A stretch of DNA of 64,000 nucleotides from positions 1 through 64,000 of IMG/VR virus record IMGVR_UViG_3300044691_000274, one strand, 5' to 3'. Shown here in pieces: positions 8,986 to 19,113 of the stretch. The translations under genes were made by a program, and so were the position numbers. Below the pieces are notes generated by a model that searched no databases, was not told where the DNA came from, and saw only the letters and a list, made by a program, of their open reading frames with translations. Origin of the DNA: a virus. The number at the start of each line of letters is the position of its first letter. Positions within the stretch are counted from its first letter, which is position 1.

Positions 8986-11519
8986 ATGGTTCTCGTCTCT
9001 GTCAACGACGCTGCCATCGGCTTGGCTCTCGCTCGCGGGACGCTGACATACACCGAGTTCAAGACCCGCTTCTTCGGAGAGACCTGGATTTCGATCGCGG
9101 ACGAAGTTGGCGTGATCGAGGTTCACCCCTCGCTCGCTGACGCCGAGGCGGTCGTCAACAGGGTGAAAGAGCGCTACCCGGTCTGGAAGGACGTCGTGGT
9201 GCCGGTCAAGACGAGGGTCGCATGAGCCGGGTCTGGGAAGGCGTCGAGAAGACCGACCGGCGCCAGCACAACCACCGATGCACCCTCTGCAAGCGCATCC
9301 TGGCCGATGGCGAACAGGCTCTCTTCTATCGCTTCAACAAGGGCACGCGGGCGGCTCATATCGAGTGCGCCGATGTGCCGGATGCGGGGATGACCACCCG
9401 CGAACGCTTTCACGCATGGGCAGCAGCATGAGCCTGCGGTGCCGAAAAAGTGATTTGGTCAAGCCAGACCACATGACGCTGGACCAATGGGAAGTCTCAC
9501 TGCTCAGCGAGAAGCGGGACATCATCGCCCAAATTCGCCGCGAGGTTCACTCACGCGGGAACACGCATCAAGCGTACGCTGACCGCGTCGACCGCGCGCT
9601 GGCGTTTATCAAGGAGGGGGAGCTAACATGAGCCGGGCAAAACAGGTCCACCTCGACACTCCGGGCGACTTCCTAGTTGAGTGGCTGCCAGGTGGCAAGA
9701 CCGTCAAGCTGACCCTCAACAACGACACCGAGGAGTTGGCTTCCTATGAGATGCCCACAGAGAACCTCCACGCCTTTTTCACCGACATCAAGGCGACCCC
9801 CGCGCAGTTCGCTGCTCTACGTCAAGGAATGAACTGATGAAATTGACCAACGAACAACTCACCCGGATGGCCGAGTTCGGCAACGATCCCGGACGGGAAG
9901 GCTCTTCCTCTGTGGCGACCGAGCTTCTCGCCGCCCGCGCGCTGTTGGGAGATGCGCTTGAGCACATGCCAGTCGGATACCCGCCGGACCCCGCCATAGT
10001 CGCCCTCCGCGCCGAGATCGAGGAGTTGAGGAAGCCATGAGCGCCAGCCTTAGAGCCGCGCATATCGCGCTCGCCGCAGCGCTGAACGCAGCCGATGCCT
10101 GGCACACCGAAGCCTTGGCTGCGCTGCCGGACGGCCACACCTGGCGGGACGTAGACTTGCTGTCGATCGAGAAGAGCAAGCGCCACATGACCGCCTATGG
10201 GGCATACGACGTGGTCGCGGCTGAGTTCGATCGCCTGGTTGCAGAGGAGATGCTCAAATGAGCGACGTGAAGAGGCAGTTCGATAACGCCTTGGCTCTCG
10301 TGACCTGGCAGCACGATTGCGGGACTCGACCAGAGCAACGCCCTGATGGCTGGCCCACACGCAGCGACCTGCAGTGGTTCTCGGAAGCTGAGTGGGCGAT
10401 CCACAGGGCCATGGGTGCGGTTGAGTCGGCCGGCGGCAGCGTCGCGCTGACAGACGCCATCACGCTGCTTGCCAAGGCCAAGGCTCGCGTCGCGGATCAC
10501 GTGGAGGGCAAGCCATGACCGTCGCTCAGCTGATCGCCAAGCTCCAGGAGCTACCGCCGGACGCGATCGTCAACCGCATCGACAACGAGAGCTATTGCGC
10601 GATCCCGATCGAGAGGGTCGAGGTCAGCGCTGCAGACTGCTTTTTCGCTCCGCCCGGCCTGGTGGTGATTTTCTGATGACCGTAGCTCAGCTGACAGCCT
10701 GGCTACAACGCCAAGACCCCGACGCGCTCGTCATGAGCATGGGGTCGCTGACCGGCTGGAACGAGGTCTGGCACAACGAGGCGTTCGAAGTGAAGAAGCG
10801 CACTCCGAGGATCAAGGCTGCTGGGGATTTCATCTTCGTGCAGCGGACAGACAAGACCAAGGCCAAGCGCATCAAGGCCGTAACATTTTACTGAAGGGAA
10901 GTTGCACCATGACCAATAAACAAGCCCCCAAGATCAATCGTCGCGAAATCCCGATTGGGCCAGAAGCCTGGGCAGTCGGGCTGATCGTGTTCTTCACAGT
11001 GCTGATCGCTATCGCCTACGTGGGGTCCCCGCATTGAGCGGTGAAATTAACTGCAGCCGGGGAAATGCAAGGTTTGGACATGAGAAAGCGTAAGCGCAAA
11101 GAGCCCACATGGCAGGCCGTCCTGCTTCGGGCGACGTTCGCTCAGCCGGAGAACAGGCCGCGCGTCATCCAGTCGAAGAAGCCCTATTCCAGAAAGGGCG
11201 CATTCACTCCAACGAATGCAAATACTTGCACGCGGGGCGAAGGAGAGCGATCGTGAGTCACCCCAACGGAGTGACCCTGATGGCCAAGACCTTTTACGCC
11301 TCGATCTGGTTCCGCAAAGAGAAGCCCTATGGGGTCGGCAAGACCTCGCACGAGCGCCACTCTTACATCGTCGAGGGCTATCGCGGCGAGATCATCGGCG
11401 GGCTGCCAGCCGGCCGCATGGTCTACACCGGCTCTTGCGACACGCGCGACGAGGTCAAGACCGAACTCGTTCAGCATCTCAAGCGATTGGGCTATAGCGG
11501 CACCCTCAGCTTCGTTTGA
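8986..11519 (+). other. Array of about 12 small overlapping hypothetical ORFs (early or host-takeover type)
   Basis: ATGA/TGATG-coupled ORFs 8986-9225, 9222-9431, 9428-9631, 9628-9837, 9837-10040, 10037-10261, 10258-10518, 10515-10676, 10676-10894, then 10909-11037, 11080-11256, 11280-11519; two adjacent ones start MTVAQL. Confidence 0.6.
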
Positions 11520-11581
11520 GTGGGTTGCAATTAAGTGCAATCTGAGTATGGTGCGGACTGCCAGGCAACATGGAGGTTCCT

Positions 11582-13504
11582 GTGGCGTCAAAGCATATCT
11601 ACCGCATATCGGGCTCGGTCTGCGACTATAGCGAGGACCCCAAGTCCAAGGAAGCCAAGGCGCTGCTCGGCGGCAAAGGCGCTGGCCTCGTGATGATGGC
11701 CAAGGCCGGCTGCAACGTACCTCCAGCCTTCACGATCACGACCGAGGTGTGCAACGCCTACCGCGAACTGAAGCCCAGCAAGCAGCAAGTGCTCCTGGTC
11801 GACCTCATGCTGGAGGTCATGGATCACATGAAGTGGTTGACCGAGCAGTTCGGCTATACGCCGCTGGTCTCGGTCCGCTCCGGCGCCCCGGTTTCGATGC
11901 CCGGCATGATGGACACCATCCTGAACGTCGGCATGACCGAAGGCAACTTCGACAATTGGGAGAAGCGGCTCGGCAACCGCGCGGCGATCGACAGCTGGCG
12001 CCGGCTGATCCAGATGTTGGGCTCGACCGGATATGGCATCGATATGGCCAAGTTCGACGACCAGCTGGCGGCGACCAAGAAGCTCTACAAGGTCGAGTCC
12101 GACACCGACCTGACCTCCGACATGCTCGACAACGTCCTGCAGCGCTACCGCAAGGTGTTCAAGGAGGCCATGGGGTTTGAGTTCCCCGACAACGACGCGG
12201 AGGTGCAGCTTCACGTTGCCATCAAAGCAGTGTTCGACTCCTGGATGAACCCGCGCGCGATCGAGTATCGCAAGATCAACCACATCGACGAGGGCATGGG
12301 CACAGCAGTCACCGTCCAAGCGATGGTCTTCGGCAACATGGGCGACGACTGCGGGACAGGCGTGCTGTTCTCCCGCGAGCCTTCGACCGGCCAGAAGTTC
12401 ATGATGGGGGAGTTCCTGACCAACGCGCAAGGCGAGGACGTGGTCGCCGGCATACGAACGCCGATGAGCGTCGAGCGGATGCACCCTTCACTCGTCCTCG
12501 AAGACATCCCGCACCAAGATATGTGGCATGACATATACACCACCCTGCTACACCTCTGCGCCCATCTGGAGGACGCTTATATGGACATGGTCGACATCGA
12601 GTTCACCGTCCAGAAGGGCGAGCTGTTCGTCCTCCAGAGCCGCTCGGGGAAGCGCAGCGCGCGGGCAGCGTTCCAGATCGCGACCGACCTGGTGTCAGAG
12701 GGCAAGATCACAAAGGATGCCGCCCTTGGCCGCCTCACGCGCGAGCAGTTCAAGGTAGTGCGGCGCCCGACCATCGACCCAAGCTTCAAGGGGAAGCCCG
12801 ATGACATCGGCCTGCCGGCGTGCCCCGGCGTGGTCAGCGGCATCCCCGTTTTCACATCCGAGGCTGCAGTCAATTGCAAGGAGCCCTGCATCCTGGTCCG
12901 GCATGAGACCGACCCCGACGACATCGCTGGCATGGCCAAGGCGGTTGGCATCCTAACACAGACCGGCGGCGCCACGAGTCACGCAGCGGTGGTCGCGCGC
13001 GCCATGGACAAGGCTTGCGTGGTTGGTTGCACGACCCTCGACATCCCAGACATCAAGGAGCAGGTGAAAAAGCTGACGATCGACGGCTCCACCGGCCGCG
13101 TGTGGTTCGACATCGACGTCCCGGTTATCGACAGCTCGGATGAGGAGTCGGTCAAGAAGGTGACGGCCTGGTGTATGGCGAAGCAGGGAGCAATAGAGGC
13201 GAGCCCAGTCGGACTAGGCGAGGAGCAGCATCTGGTGTTCGCCGCGCACTGGTGGGGCAGCGAGATCGCGGCCGAAGCCATCCTGGCCGACATGCCCAAG
13301 ACGGCGCTGCTCGACGACCGGCACCCACGAGCCTTCGCCAGCGCGAGCGACTTCGTGGTGCAGCATTGCTTCGGCGAGGTGGAGAGCGCTGGGTTCTTCC
13401 CGGTCCTCAAGAAGCTGGCGAAGGAGCACAAAGTGAAGTTCGCGCCAGTCCTTGGCAATGCCTGCCCAGGAGAATATGCGGTCTTTCAAACGCTGACGAG
13501 TTAG
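11582..13504 (+). CDS. ppdK: PPDK-family dikinase: ATP-grasp plus phospho-His swivel domains, lacking the C-terminal PEP/pyruvate barrel
   Basis: LLGGKGAGL, PLVSVRSGAPVSMPGMMDTILN, VQAMVFGN, NAQGEDVVAGIRTP, DIEFT..LQSRSGKR, GGATSHAAVVAR; about 640 aa, no CGEH motif; GGAGG before GTG 11582. Confidence 0.88.
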   Translation: MASKHIYRISGSVCDYSEDPKSKEAKALLGGKGAGLVMMAKAGCNVPPAFTITTEVCNAYRELKPSKQQVLLVDLMLEVMDHMKWLTEQFGYTPLVSVRSGAPVSMPGMMDTILNVGMTEGNFDNWEKRLGNRAAIDSWRRLIQMLGSTGYGIDMAKFDDQLAATKKLYKVESDTDLTSDMLDNVLQRYRKVFKEAMGFEFPDNDAEVQLHVAIKAVFDSWMNPRAIEYRKINHIDEGMGTAVTVQAMVFGNMGDDCGTGVLFSREPSTGQKFMMGEFLTNAQGEDVVAGIRTPMSVERMHPSLVLEDIPHQDMWHDIYTTLLHLCAHLEDAYMDMVDIEFTVQKGELFVLQSRSGKRSARAAFQIATDLVSEGKITKDAALGRLTREQFKVVRRPTIDPSFKGKPDDIGLPACPGVVSGIPVFTSEAAVNCKEPCILVRHETDPDDIAGMAKAVGILTQTGGATSHAAVVARAMDKACVVGCTTLDIPDIKEQVKKLTIDGSTGRVWFDIDVPVIDSSDEESVKKVTAWCMAKQGAIEASPVGLGEEQHLVFAAHWWGSEIAAEAILADMPKTALLDDRHPRAFASASDFVVQHCFGEVESAGFFPVLKKLAKEHKVKFAPVLGNACPGEYAVFQTLTS

Positions 13505-13510
13505 GCTATA

Positions 13511-13891
13511 GTGAAGTCAACTGCACAAATCGCGGCGATACGCGCCAGCCAAAAGGCATATCGGCTACGGAACAAGGAGGCTGTCGCCGCGCGCAAGCGA
13601 GCGTATCGTGCCACCAAACCGCCAGCCATTAAGAGGGCTTGGCAAAGGCGCAACGCCAAAGAGCCTTGGTTGGTGAACAGGTATGGGATCACGCAAGAGG
13701 AACGAGACGCGATGATCGCGGCGCAGGGCGGGCGGTGCCTGATCTGCCAAGAAGAGACGAAGCTGCACGTGGATCACTGCCACGAGACGAAAAAGGTTAG
13801 AGGCTTGTTATGCAGGGAGTGCAACACCGGCCTCGGAAAATTCAAGGAACGGGTCGACCTCTTGGAGAGAGCGATCCACTACTTAGCGTAA
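13511..13891 (+). CDS. Endonuclease VII-like homing endonuclease
   Basis: RYGIT..QGGRCLIC..LHVDHCH....VRGLLC..CNTGLG. Confidence 0.88.
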   Translation: MKSTAQIAAIRASQKAYRLRNKEAVAARKRAYRATKPPAIKRAWQRRNAKEPWLVNRYGITQEERDAMIAAQGGRCLICQEETKLHVDHCHETKKVRGLLCRECNTGLGKFKERVDLLERAIHYLA

Positions 13892-13907
13892 CTACACGGA
13901 GGCCGTC

Positions 13908-14189
13908 ATGCCCTTAGTTCTTCGCTTAAAGTCAGGGCAGGATTTCTTCGTCAAGGGCGTCCAGATCGTGGTCGACAAGCTCCACGGCGACGCGAAGTTC
14001 GACCTCAAGGTCCCGTCAACCGGCCGAGTCTATTCGATCGACGAAGACGCGGCGACGGAAATGCGGGAAGTCGAGGACGTCTTCCTATCGTCCGGCGGCC
14101 GAGTCCAAGCAGGCATCGCCAAGGTGATGATCGACGCACCCCGCTCGATCGACATCCAGCGCGGGGAAAACGTACGAGGGCACAAGTGA
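13908..14189 (+). CDS. CsrA/RsmA-like RNA-binding protein (extended, 93 aa)
   Basis: N-terminal LVLRLKSGQDFFV and C-terminal AKVMIDAPRSIDIQRGE parallel CsrA LILTRRVGE..I and VRIGVNAPKEVSVHREE. Confidence 0.6.
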   Translation: MPLVLRLKSGQDFFVKGVQIVVDKLHGDAKFDLKVPSTGRVYSIDEDAATEMREVEDVFLSSGGRVQAGIAKVMIDAPRSIDIQRGENVRGHK

Positions 14190-14389
14190 GCTTCCGGCTA
14201 TACGAGATCACAGAGGAGGTCGTCATCCAGGCCAAGCACCTGGGACTCTTCGGCGACACGAAGAAGAGGCTGCAGCGCGCGGCGCGCCGGAGCGTTCCTT
14301 ATACGAGTGACCTCGGCAATCGCCGCTTCCTAGATTTTGCATTGACCATCACTGACGATGTGGTGGTGAACATCGAGCGCATCCACTGA
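14186..14389 (+). CDS. Small hypothetical protein
   Basis: GTGA overlap with the CsrA-like gene. Confidence 0.55.
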   Translation: MSFRLYEITEEVVIQAKHLGLFGDTKKRLQRAARRSVPYTSDLGNRRFLDFALTITDDVVVNIERIH

Positions 14390-14457
14390 TTTGGTGGTTG
14401 CAATTGATTGCAATTCGGTTATCGTCCACGCAGGCACCCAAACAGGAGGTTCGGGTC

Positions 14458-15006
14458 ATGAACAAGCCGATCCACGTACACGACTTTTCCAAGGGGACGC
14501 CTCCGCCAGGCGCCAACGGCACGATGCCGATCAAGATGGGCTTCAAGGGAGGCTACCTCTCGATCGAGATCATCGGCGGCCCGTTCGACAACTATCGCCC
14601 AGGCGAGAACGGCGACATCGGCATCTGCGTCCGCGCCGAGCGCGTTCCTGCGACCGCCAACATATGGGTGCCCATTCGTGACTTCGACGTCCCGAAGACG
14701 AAGGACTTGGCTCAAGTCGAGCATGCCCTGGAGTGGGCCATCGCGTCGGCGCTGGACGGCAAGCGGGTCTACGTGGGCTGCCAAGGCGGCTGGGGCCGCA
14801 CAGGGCTGTTCCTGGCGCTCATCGCCAAGGTCTGCGGGCTCAAGGACCCGGTCGACTATGTCCGGCACACGTACACGCCGCGCGCGGTCGAAACGAAGGA
14901 GCAGCAGGCATACGTCGACGACTTCGATGTGACCCAGCTGCAGCGCGACCTGCTCTACCGCGCCTGGGGCATCCGTTGGGCGCGCCTTTGGTTCTGGTGG
15001 ACGTGA
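14458..15006 (+). CDS. Cys-based (CX5R) tyrosine/dual-specificity-type phosphatase 1
   Basis: PIRDFDVP acid loop, P-loop YVGCQGGWGRTG, AVET.EQ loop; AGGAGG upstream. Confidence 0.85.
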   Translation: MNKPIHVHDFSKGTPPPGANGTMPIKMGFKGGYLSIEIIGGPFDNYRPGENGDIGICVRAERVPATANIWVPIRDFDVPKTKDLAQVEHALEWAIASALDGKRVYVGCQGGWGRTGLFLALIAKVCGLKDPVDYVRHTYTPRAVETKEQQAYVDDFDVTQLQRDLLYRAWGIRWARLWFWWT

Positions 15007-15233
15007 TGCGGGTCAAGGAACTGATAGCCTTACTCGCAAAGGCTGACCCAGAGACGTTTGTCGTTCTCGATGAAAGCGAGTTGCTCGTGCTTGTGAGCGA
15101 CGTGGAATACATCCTCCCGTACAAGCAGGGGAGCGTTATTCCGAAGGCCGTTATTCTCAGAGCACGCCTCTACAGTCCAAAAACCGTGCTTGGGTGGACT
15201 CCCATCGACCCGGCTGCGCGGTCCTCGATTTGA
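15006..15233 (+). CDS. Small hypothetical protein
   Basis: TGATG overlap; MRVKELIALL start resembles the MTVAQL ORFs. Confidence 0.5.
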   Translation: MRVKELIALLAKADPETFVVLDESELLVLVSDVEYILPYKQGSVIPKAVILRARLYSPKTVLGWTPIDPAARSSI

Positions 15234-15296
15234 CTTGCAAGTAATTGCACGCGGAGCTATGACTCCGGGTGACACTAGGGCCAACAGGAGGTTGCC

Positions 15297-16367
15297 TTGG
15301 CGATAACCGATCCGCAAGACACTCTCGCCTACCACGCCTCGCGCGTGTTCTGCCAACAGCGGGACATGTCCGAGGTGTCGTGCGAGCAGGTCGCCAAGGT
15401 GGTTGCCGAGTTCAAGAGCAGCGATCCAAAGCCCAACACCGTGCCGGAGACCGACGCGCTCTGGTTCTATGGGATGAACCACGGTGTGGCGCTGATCGCC
15501 CAGCATCGCGCGCCGCTTGAGCCGCTCGATCCCTGGGAGCTGAGCTTCGTCCAGAAATACCACGAGTACATGGGGCCGAAGGCGGTCCGCGCGTTCTACT
15601 ATCTCATCTGGATTTGCATCCGCGAGGCGCGACACAACAAGTCGCTGACCGCCGACCTGCCGAAGATCGAGAAGCTGTTCGGCGAGAAGATGGCAGCCTT
15701 CATGAACGGCGCCGGCGGAGAGGACGGCATCTCGAAGCGCTTCCTCGACAACCCGCCTCCGATGACCATCGGAAACTTCGTCAAGGCGATAGCCTGGCAG
15801 TTCGACAACAGCACTTGGCACAAAGGTTATGGCGGCAAGAAGTGGGGCGTCGTGACCGATTGCCTCGTACGCTTCTGCACCGGCGAGTATAGTGCCGAAG
15901 TAATGTTGGATCAAGTCTGGACATTGGCACATAACGGGGGTCCCATCTTCAACAAGGGATTTTGTTATGACCATTACGACTCGATTGTACTCTATCGAAT
16001 ACTTGACGTTCAACGCTCTGGCCAGGTGCCGGAAGCTTGCCTGTTCGACGTGGACTGCAAACAATACGCTGCACTCGACCTGATCGCCCTCATGAAGGAC
16101 GTCAAGGACCGCTATCCCGTTATCGGCGACTATGTCGACTGGATCAAGGTCGAGGCGCTCGGGGCCGTCAAGACGTATGAGGCAGACATCGAGAACCAGA
16201 GCAAGACCCCGGAGCAGAAGGCGGCCGAGGCCGAGCTAGTCGCCAAGAAAAAGGCGCTGGCAGCGGCGGCGCAGCAAGCCATCTGGGAGAAGAAGAACAA
16301 GCAGGCCAAAGACTGGTTCCAGGTTATGCCTGGGCTCGAAGTCAAGAAAATCGTGAGGGCAGCATAG
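15297..16367 (+). CDS. Phage protein of unknown function with enzyme-like motifs
   Basis: AGGAGG upstream, TTG start; REARH, GYGG..W, D..W.LAHNGGPIFNKG motifs. Confidence 0.7.
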   Translation: MAITDPQDTLAYHASRVFCQQRDMSEVSCEQVAKVVAEFKSSDPKPNTVPETDALWFYGMNHGVALIAQHRAPLEPLDPWELSFVQKYHEYMGPKAVRAFYYLIWICIREARHNKSLTADLPKIEKLFGEKMAAFMNGAGGEDGISKRFLDNPPPMTIGNFVKAIAWQFDNSTWHKGYGGKKWGVVTDCLVRFCTGEYSAEVMLDQVWTLAHNGGPIFNKGFCYDHYDSIVLYRILDVQRSGQVPEACLFDVDCKQYAALDLIALMKDVKDRYPVIGDYVDWIKVEALGAVKTYEADIENQSKTPEQKAAEAELVAKKKALAAAAQQAIWEKKNKQAKDWFQVMPGLEVKKIVRAA

Positions 16368-16369
16368 TC

Positions 16370-17152
16370 ATGGGCAAGGGTCTAAACGACGCGATCCACG
16401 GCGACCGGGCGAAAATTCGGGGATACACTCCGCCGAAGGAGAAGACCTGGGACGAGTGGCTCAACTCGAAGAACGATCCCAAGCCGTCCGCCGGCTTCGC
16501 GGGCGATTATTTCAAGGGGGCCACGTCCTACGCCAACGACGCGAAAGGCGCGAAGGCGGGCTACGTCTCCTGCTATCACTCGCACCCGCCGCTCAAGCTG
16601 CCTGGCACTGAGCTGGTGATCTACGGCGGCTCCTGCAGCAGCCCGGTCGTCAAGGACGCCGACATCTACATCAGGTTCGACGCCGGCATGCTGCCAAGCA
16701 ACAACGAGACCAAGTTCCTGCCGGACCGCAAAGACATTTTCTACCGCATCTCCGACATGCGACCGCCGACCAACCCCAAGACGTTCGCCCAGCTCGTCGA
16801 CTGGACGGGCCAGCAGCTGGCGGACGGGAAGAAGGTCCACTGCGGCTGCATCGGCGGCCACGGCCGCACAGGGACGTTCCTAGCGGCCCTCGTCTCCCGC
16901 TTCGGCGAGTCGGACGCGATCGCCTACGTCCGGAAGAATTACTGCAAGAAGGTGGTCGAGAGCAGCGACCAGGTGAAGTTCCTCGGCGCGCACTTCGGAG
17001 TCAAGGCCGCCGCGCACACCAAGGAGTATGAGACCAAGCCCAAGAAAGCAGCCACCAAGTTCCTGACCTACTCGTCTGGGACAAAACAGTCGCAGGGCCG
17101 CGAGCCGATCAAGTTTACGAACGTTAGCGGCAACGGTTGCATCTGGGGATAG
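16370..17152 (+). CDS. Cys-based (CX5R) phosphatase 2
   Basis: ISDMRPP acid loop, P-loop VHCGCIGGHGRTG, YVRKNYC...VES..Q. Confidence 0.85.
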   Translation: MGKGLNDAIHGDRAKIRGYTPPKEKTWDEWLNSKNDPKPSAGFAGDYFKGATSYANDAKGAKAGYVSCYHSHPPLKLPGTELVIYGGSCSSPVVKDADIYIRFDAGMLPSNNETKFLPDRKDIFYRISDMRPPTNPKTFAQLVDWTGQQLADGKKVHCGCIGGHGRTGTFLAALVSRFGESDAIAYVRKNYCKKVVESSDQVKFLGAHFGVKAAAHTKEYETKPKKAATKFLTYSSGTKQSQGREPIKFTNVSGNGCIWG

Positions 17153-17243
17153 TTAACCTCTTCTTGGCCTTACTGTCGATGTCGCTGGACACACTACGGC
17201 GAACGAGTGATGGTGGGCCGGCCAACTAATCAAGGAGGATCAG

Positions 17244-18242
17244 GTGGCGTCTATACAATTAAAGGCTGCTGCGTTCAACGGCACTTCGTTCATGAAGGCC
17301 GTCGGCGTGGACGCCAAGGTGTTGGAACAGCTCAAATCTTTGGGCTGGGCAGTGCAAATGACTGCAAAAAAGCTCGTGCTTGCCAAAGAGGGCAGCGAGA
17401 TATCGACCCCGATCACGTCTGAGATGATCCACAAGGCGTATTCCGGGGAGCTGATGAACCATCCAATAATGCTGTCGGCGCTGGAGAACCTCGCGATGGA
17501 GGCGATCAACATCGTCGGCTTTGCCATTCCCAAGAATAAGGTCTCCTCTCTCAAGTTTGAAGACGTCTTCGATCAGTCGGGTGTGCTGGAGGCAGCCAAG
17601 CTGGGGCCGGCAACCGAGCAGCTGCTGAAGGCGGCAACAGCCGCTCCGCCGGCAACCACGCAGATGGTCAAGCAATTCTTCGCAGCGAACCTCGGGCTGC
17701 CGCAGTCCATCCTCATCAATAGCTACGCCAAAAAATTCGGGGTGTCTGCCTTCATCGCAGCCGACGCGGTGCAGACTTGGTTGAACGGGCACGCAACTGT
17801 GGTCGCCACCGGAGGCCCATCGTCCACCTTCGTCGTCGTCAACAGCGGATCATTTCCGACGTTCGACCTCGCCAAGATGGAGACCTCTCCGCCGGTCAAG
17901 CTCCGCGACGCGAACATGATGTACCAACCGGTCAAAGGTTCGTCAGATGGATCGCGCTATTTCATGATCGCTGCCAACAAAGACGTGCGCATCGCCGCGC
18001 GCTTTAAGGCGGACAAGCTCGGCATCCGGATCGAGGGGCCGAACTGGAAGAAACATCTCTCCGGGATCACGCAGCTCGGCATCGTGCAAGACTCCGGCGG
18101 CAAGGATTACGCCAGCCTGCACCTCGAAATACACGACATAGTGGTGGCCAAGAAGACCATGGGAGCCATCCTGATGGGCCTGAGCCTGCCGCTGGATACC
18201 CCGATGCCAAACATGGAAGTCATCTACGGGAAGGGAAGCTGA
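17244..18242 (+). CDS. Hypothetical protein
   Basis: AAGGAGG upstream; 332-aa ORF. Confidence 0.7.
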   Translation: MASIQLKAAAFNGTSFMKAVGVDAKVLEQLKSLGWAVQMTAKKLVLAKEGSEISTPITSEMIHKAYSGELMNHPIMLSALENLAMEAINIVGFAIPKNKVSSLKFEDVFDQSGVLEAAKLGPATEQLLKAATAAPPATTQMVKQFFAANLGLPQSILINSYAKKFGVSAFIAADAVQTWLNGHATVVATGGPSSTFVVVNSGSFPTFDLAKMETSPPVKLRDANMMYQPVKGSSDGSRYFMIAANKDVRIAARFKADKLGIRIEGPNWKKHLSGITQLGIVQDSGGKDYASLHLEIHDIVVAKKTMGAILMGLSLPLDTPMPNMEVIYGKGS

Positions 18243-19082
18243 TGCGCGCGATGCTGCGACGGTTCTGGGAGCGAGTTCGCCCCCGCGACGGCAAGCCAGG
18301 AGAGTGTGGCGCGGACGGCGACTTCCCATGCGTGCATCCCCGGTGCTGCCAGCCGGGCTGGGAACACGAGGGAAAATACGGACCCAATTGGGCTTCCGGC
18401 CGATGCTTCAAAATGCGCGACTGGAGTAAACCGCAATGATTTCGCTTGAGGATTTCGACTCGCTGCAGGTTGGAGACGTGCTTGAAGCGAACCCGATCTT
18501 CCCCGCGCTCGATCCGGGCACCCCGGTCAAGCTGCGGTGCGATCGCCGGGGCGACCTGAAGGGCAAGGACGAGGACTTGATGGTCGAGTTCGTGGCCACC
18601 TATTTCGGCGTCACGCTCGGCCGGTGGAAGTGCAAGAAAGAGGCGAGTGGACTCAAATGGGAACTCTGAACCGGCCGCTGATGTTCGTCTTGGCCGACGC
18701 ACTGGGGATGCCCCTGTCCGTGGACCCCGACACCAACGCGATCAACGGCGAGACGACGCGCGACGTGAACCTTGGCGGCCTGCGCCTCACGGTGCCCATC
18801 CGAGTGGTCAGCAGCGCGGTGGGCGACAGCTACCACATGGCGATCGTCAAGGTGTTCGGGAACTTGTCGATGCTGGTCTATTCGCGCCGGGTCGCCAACG
18901 CGGACGTCGTCTACCTCCACCTGCTCAACATCGCCAAGATCGACAAGATGTCGGGCTACCTGGAGAAGCTCGGCGCCTTCGGCCCGCTCGACGTATTGGA
19001 GAAGCTCAAGCCTGGCATCGTCGCGAGCTTCTATAAGAACACCCCCACCGTTTGGATGAAGCTTGAAGAAGCAAAAGCTTGA
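18242..19082 (+). other. Three small coupled hypothetical ORFs (18242-18439, 18436-18669, 18657-19082)
   Basis: Overlapping start and stop codons; codon usage. Confidence 0.55.
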
Positions 19083-19113
19083 CTGCACAGCTTAGCTCGG
19101 GCACGGTTGGCTC

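Noticed and set aside
11582-13504. Ordinary PPDK metabolic gene, or a PPDK pseudogene broken by the endonuclease
   Set aside because: The pyruvate domain is absent and no remnant follows the endonuclease; the ORF is intact with a distinct C-terminal region
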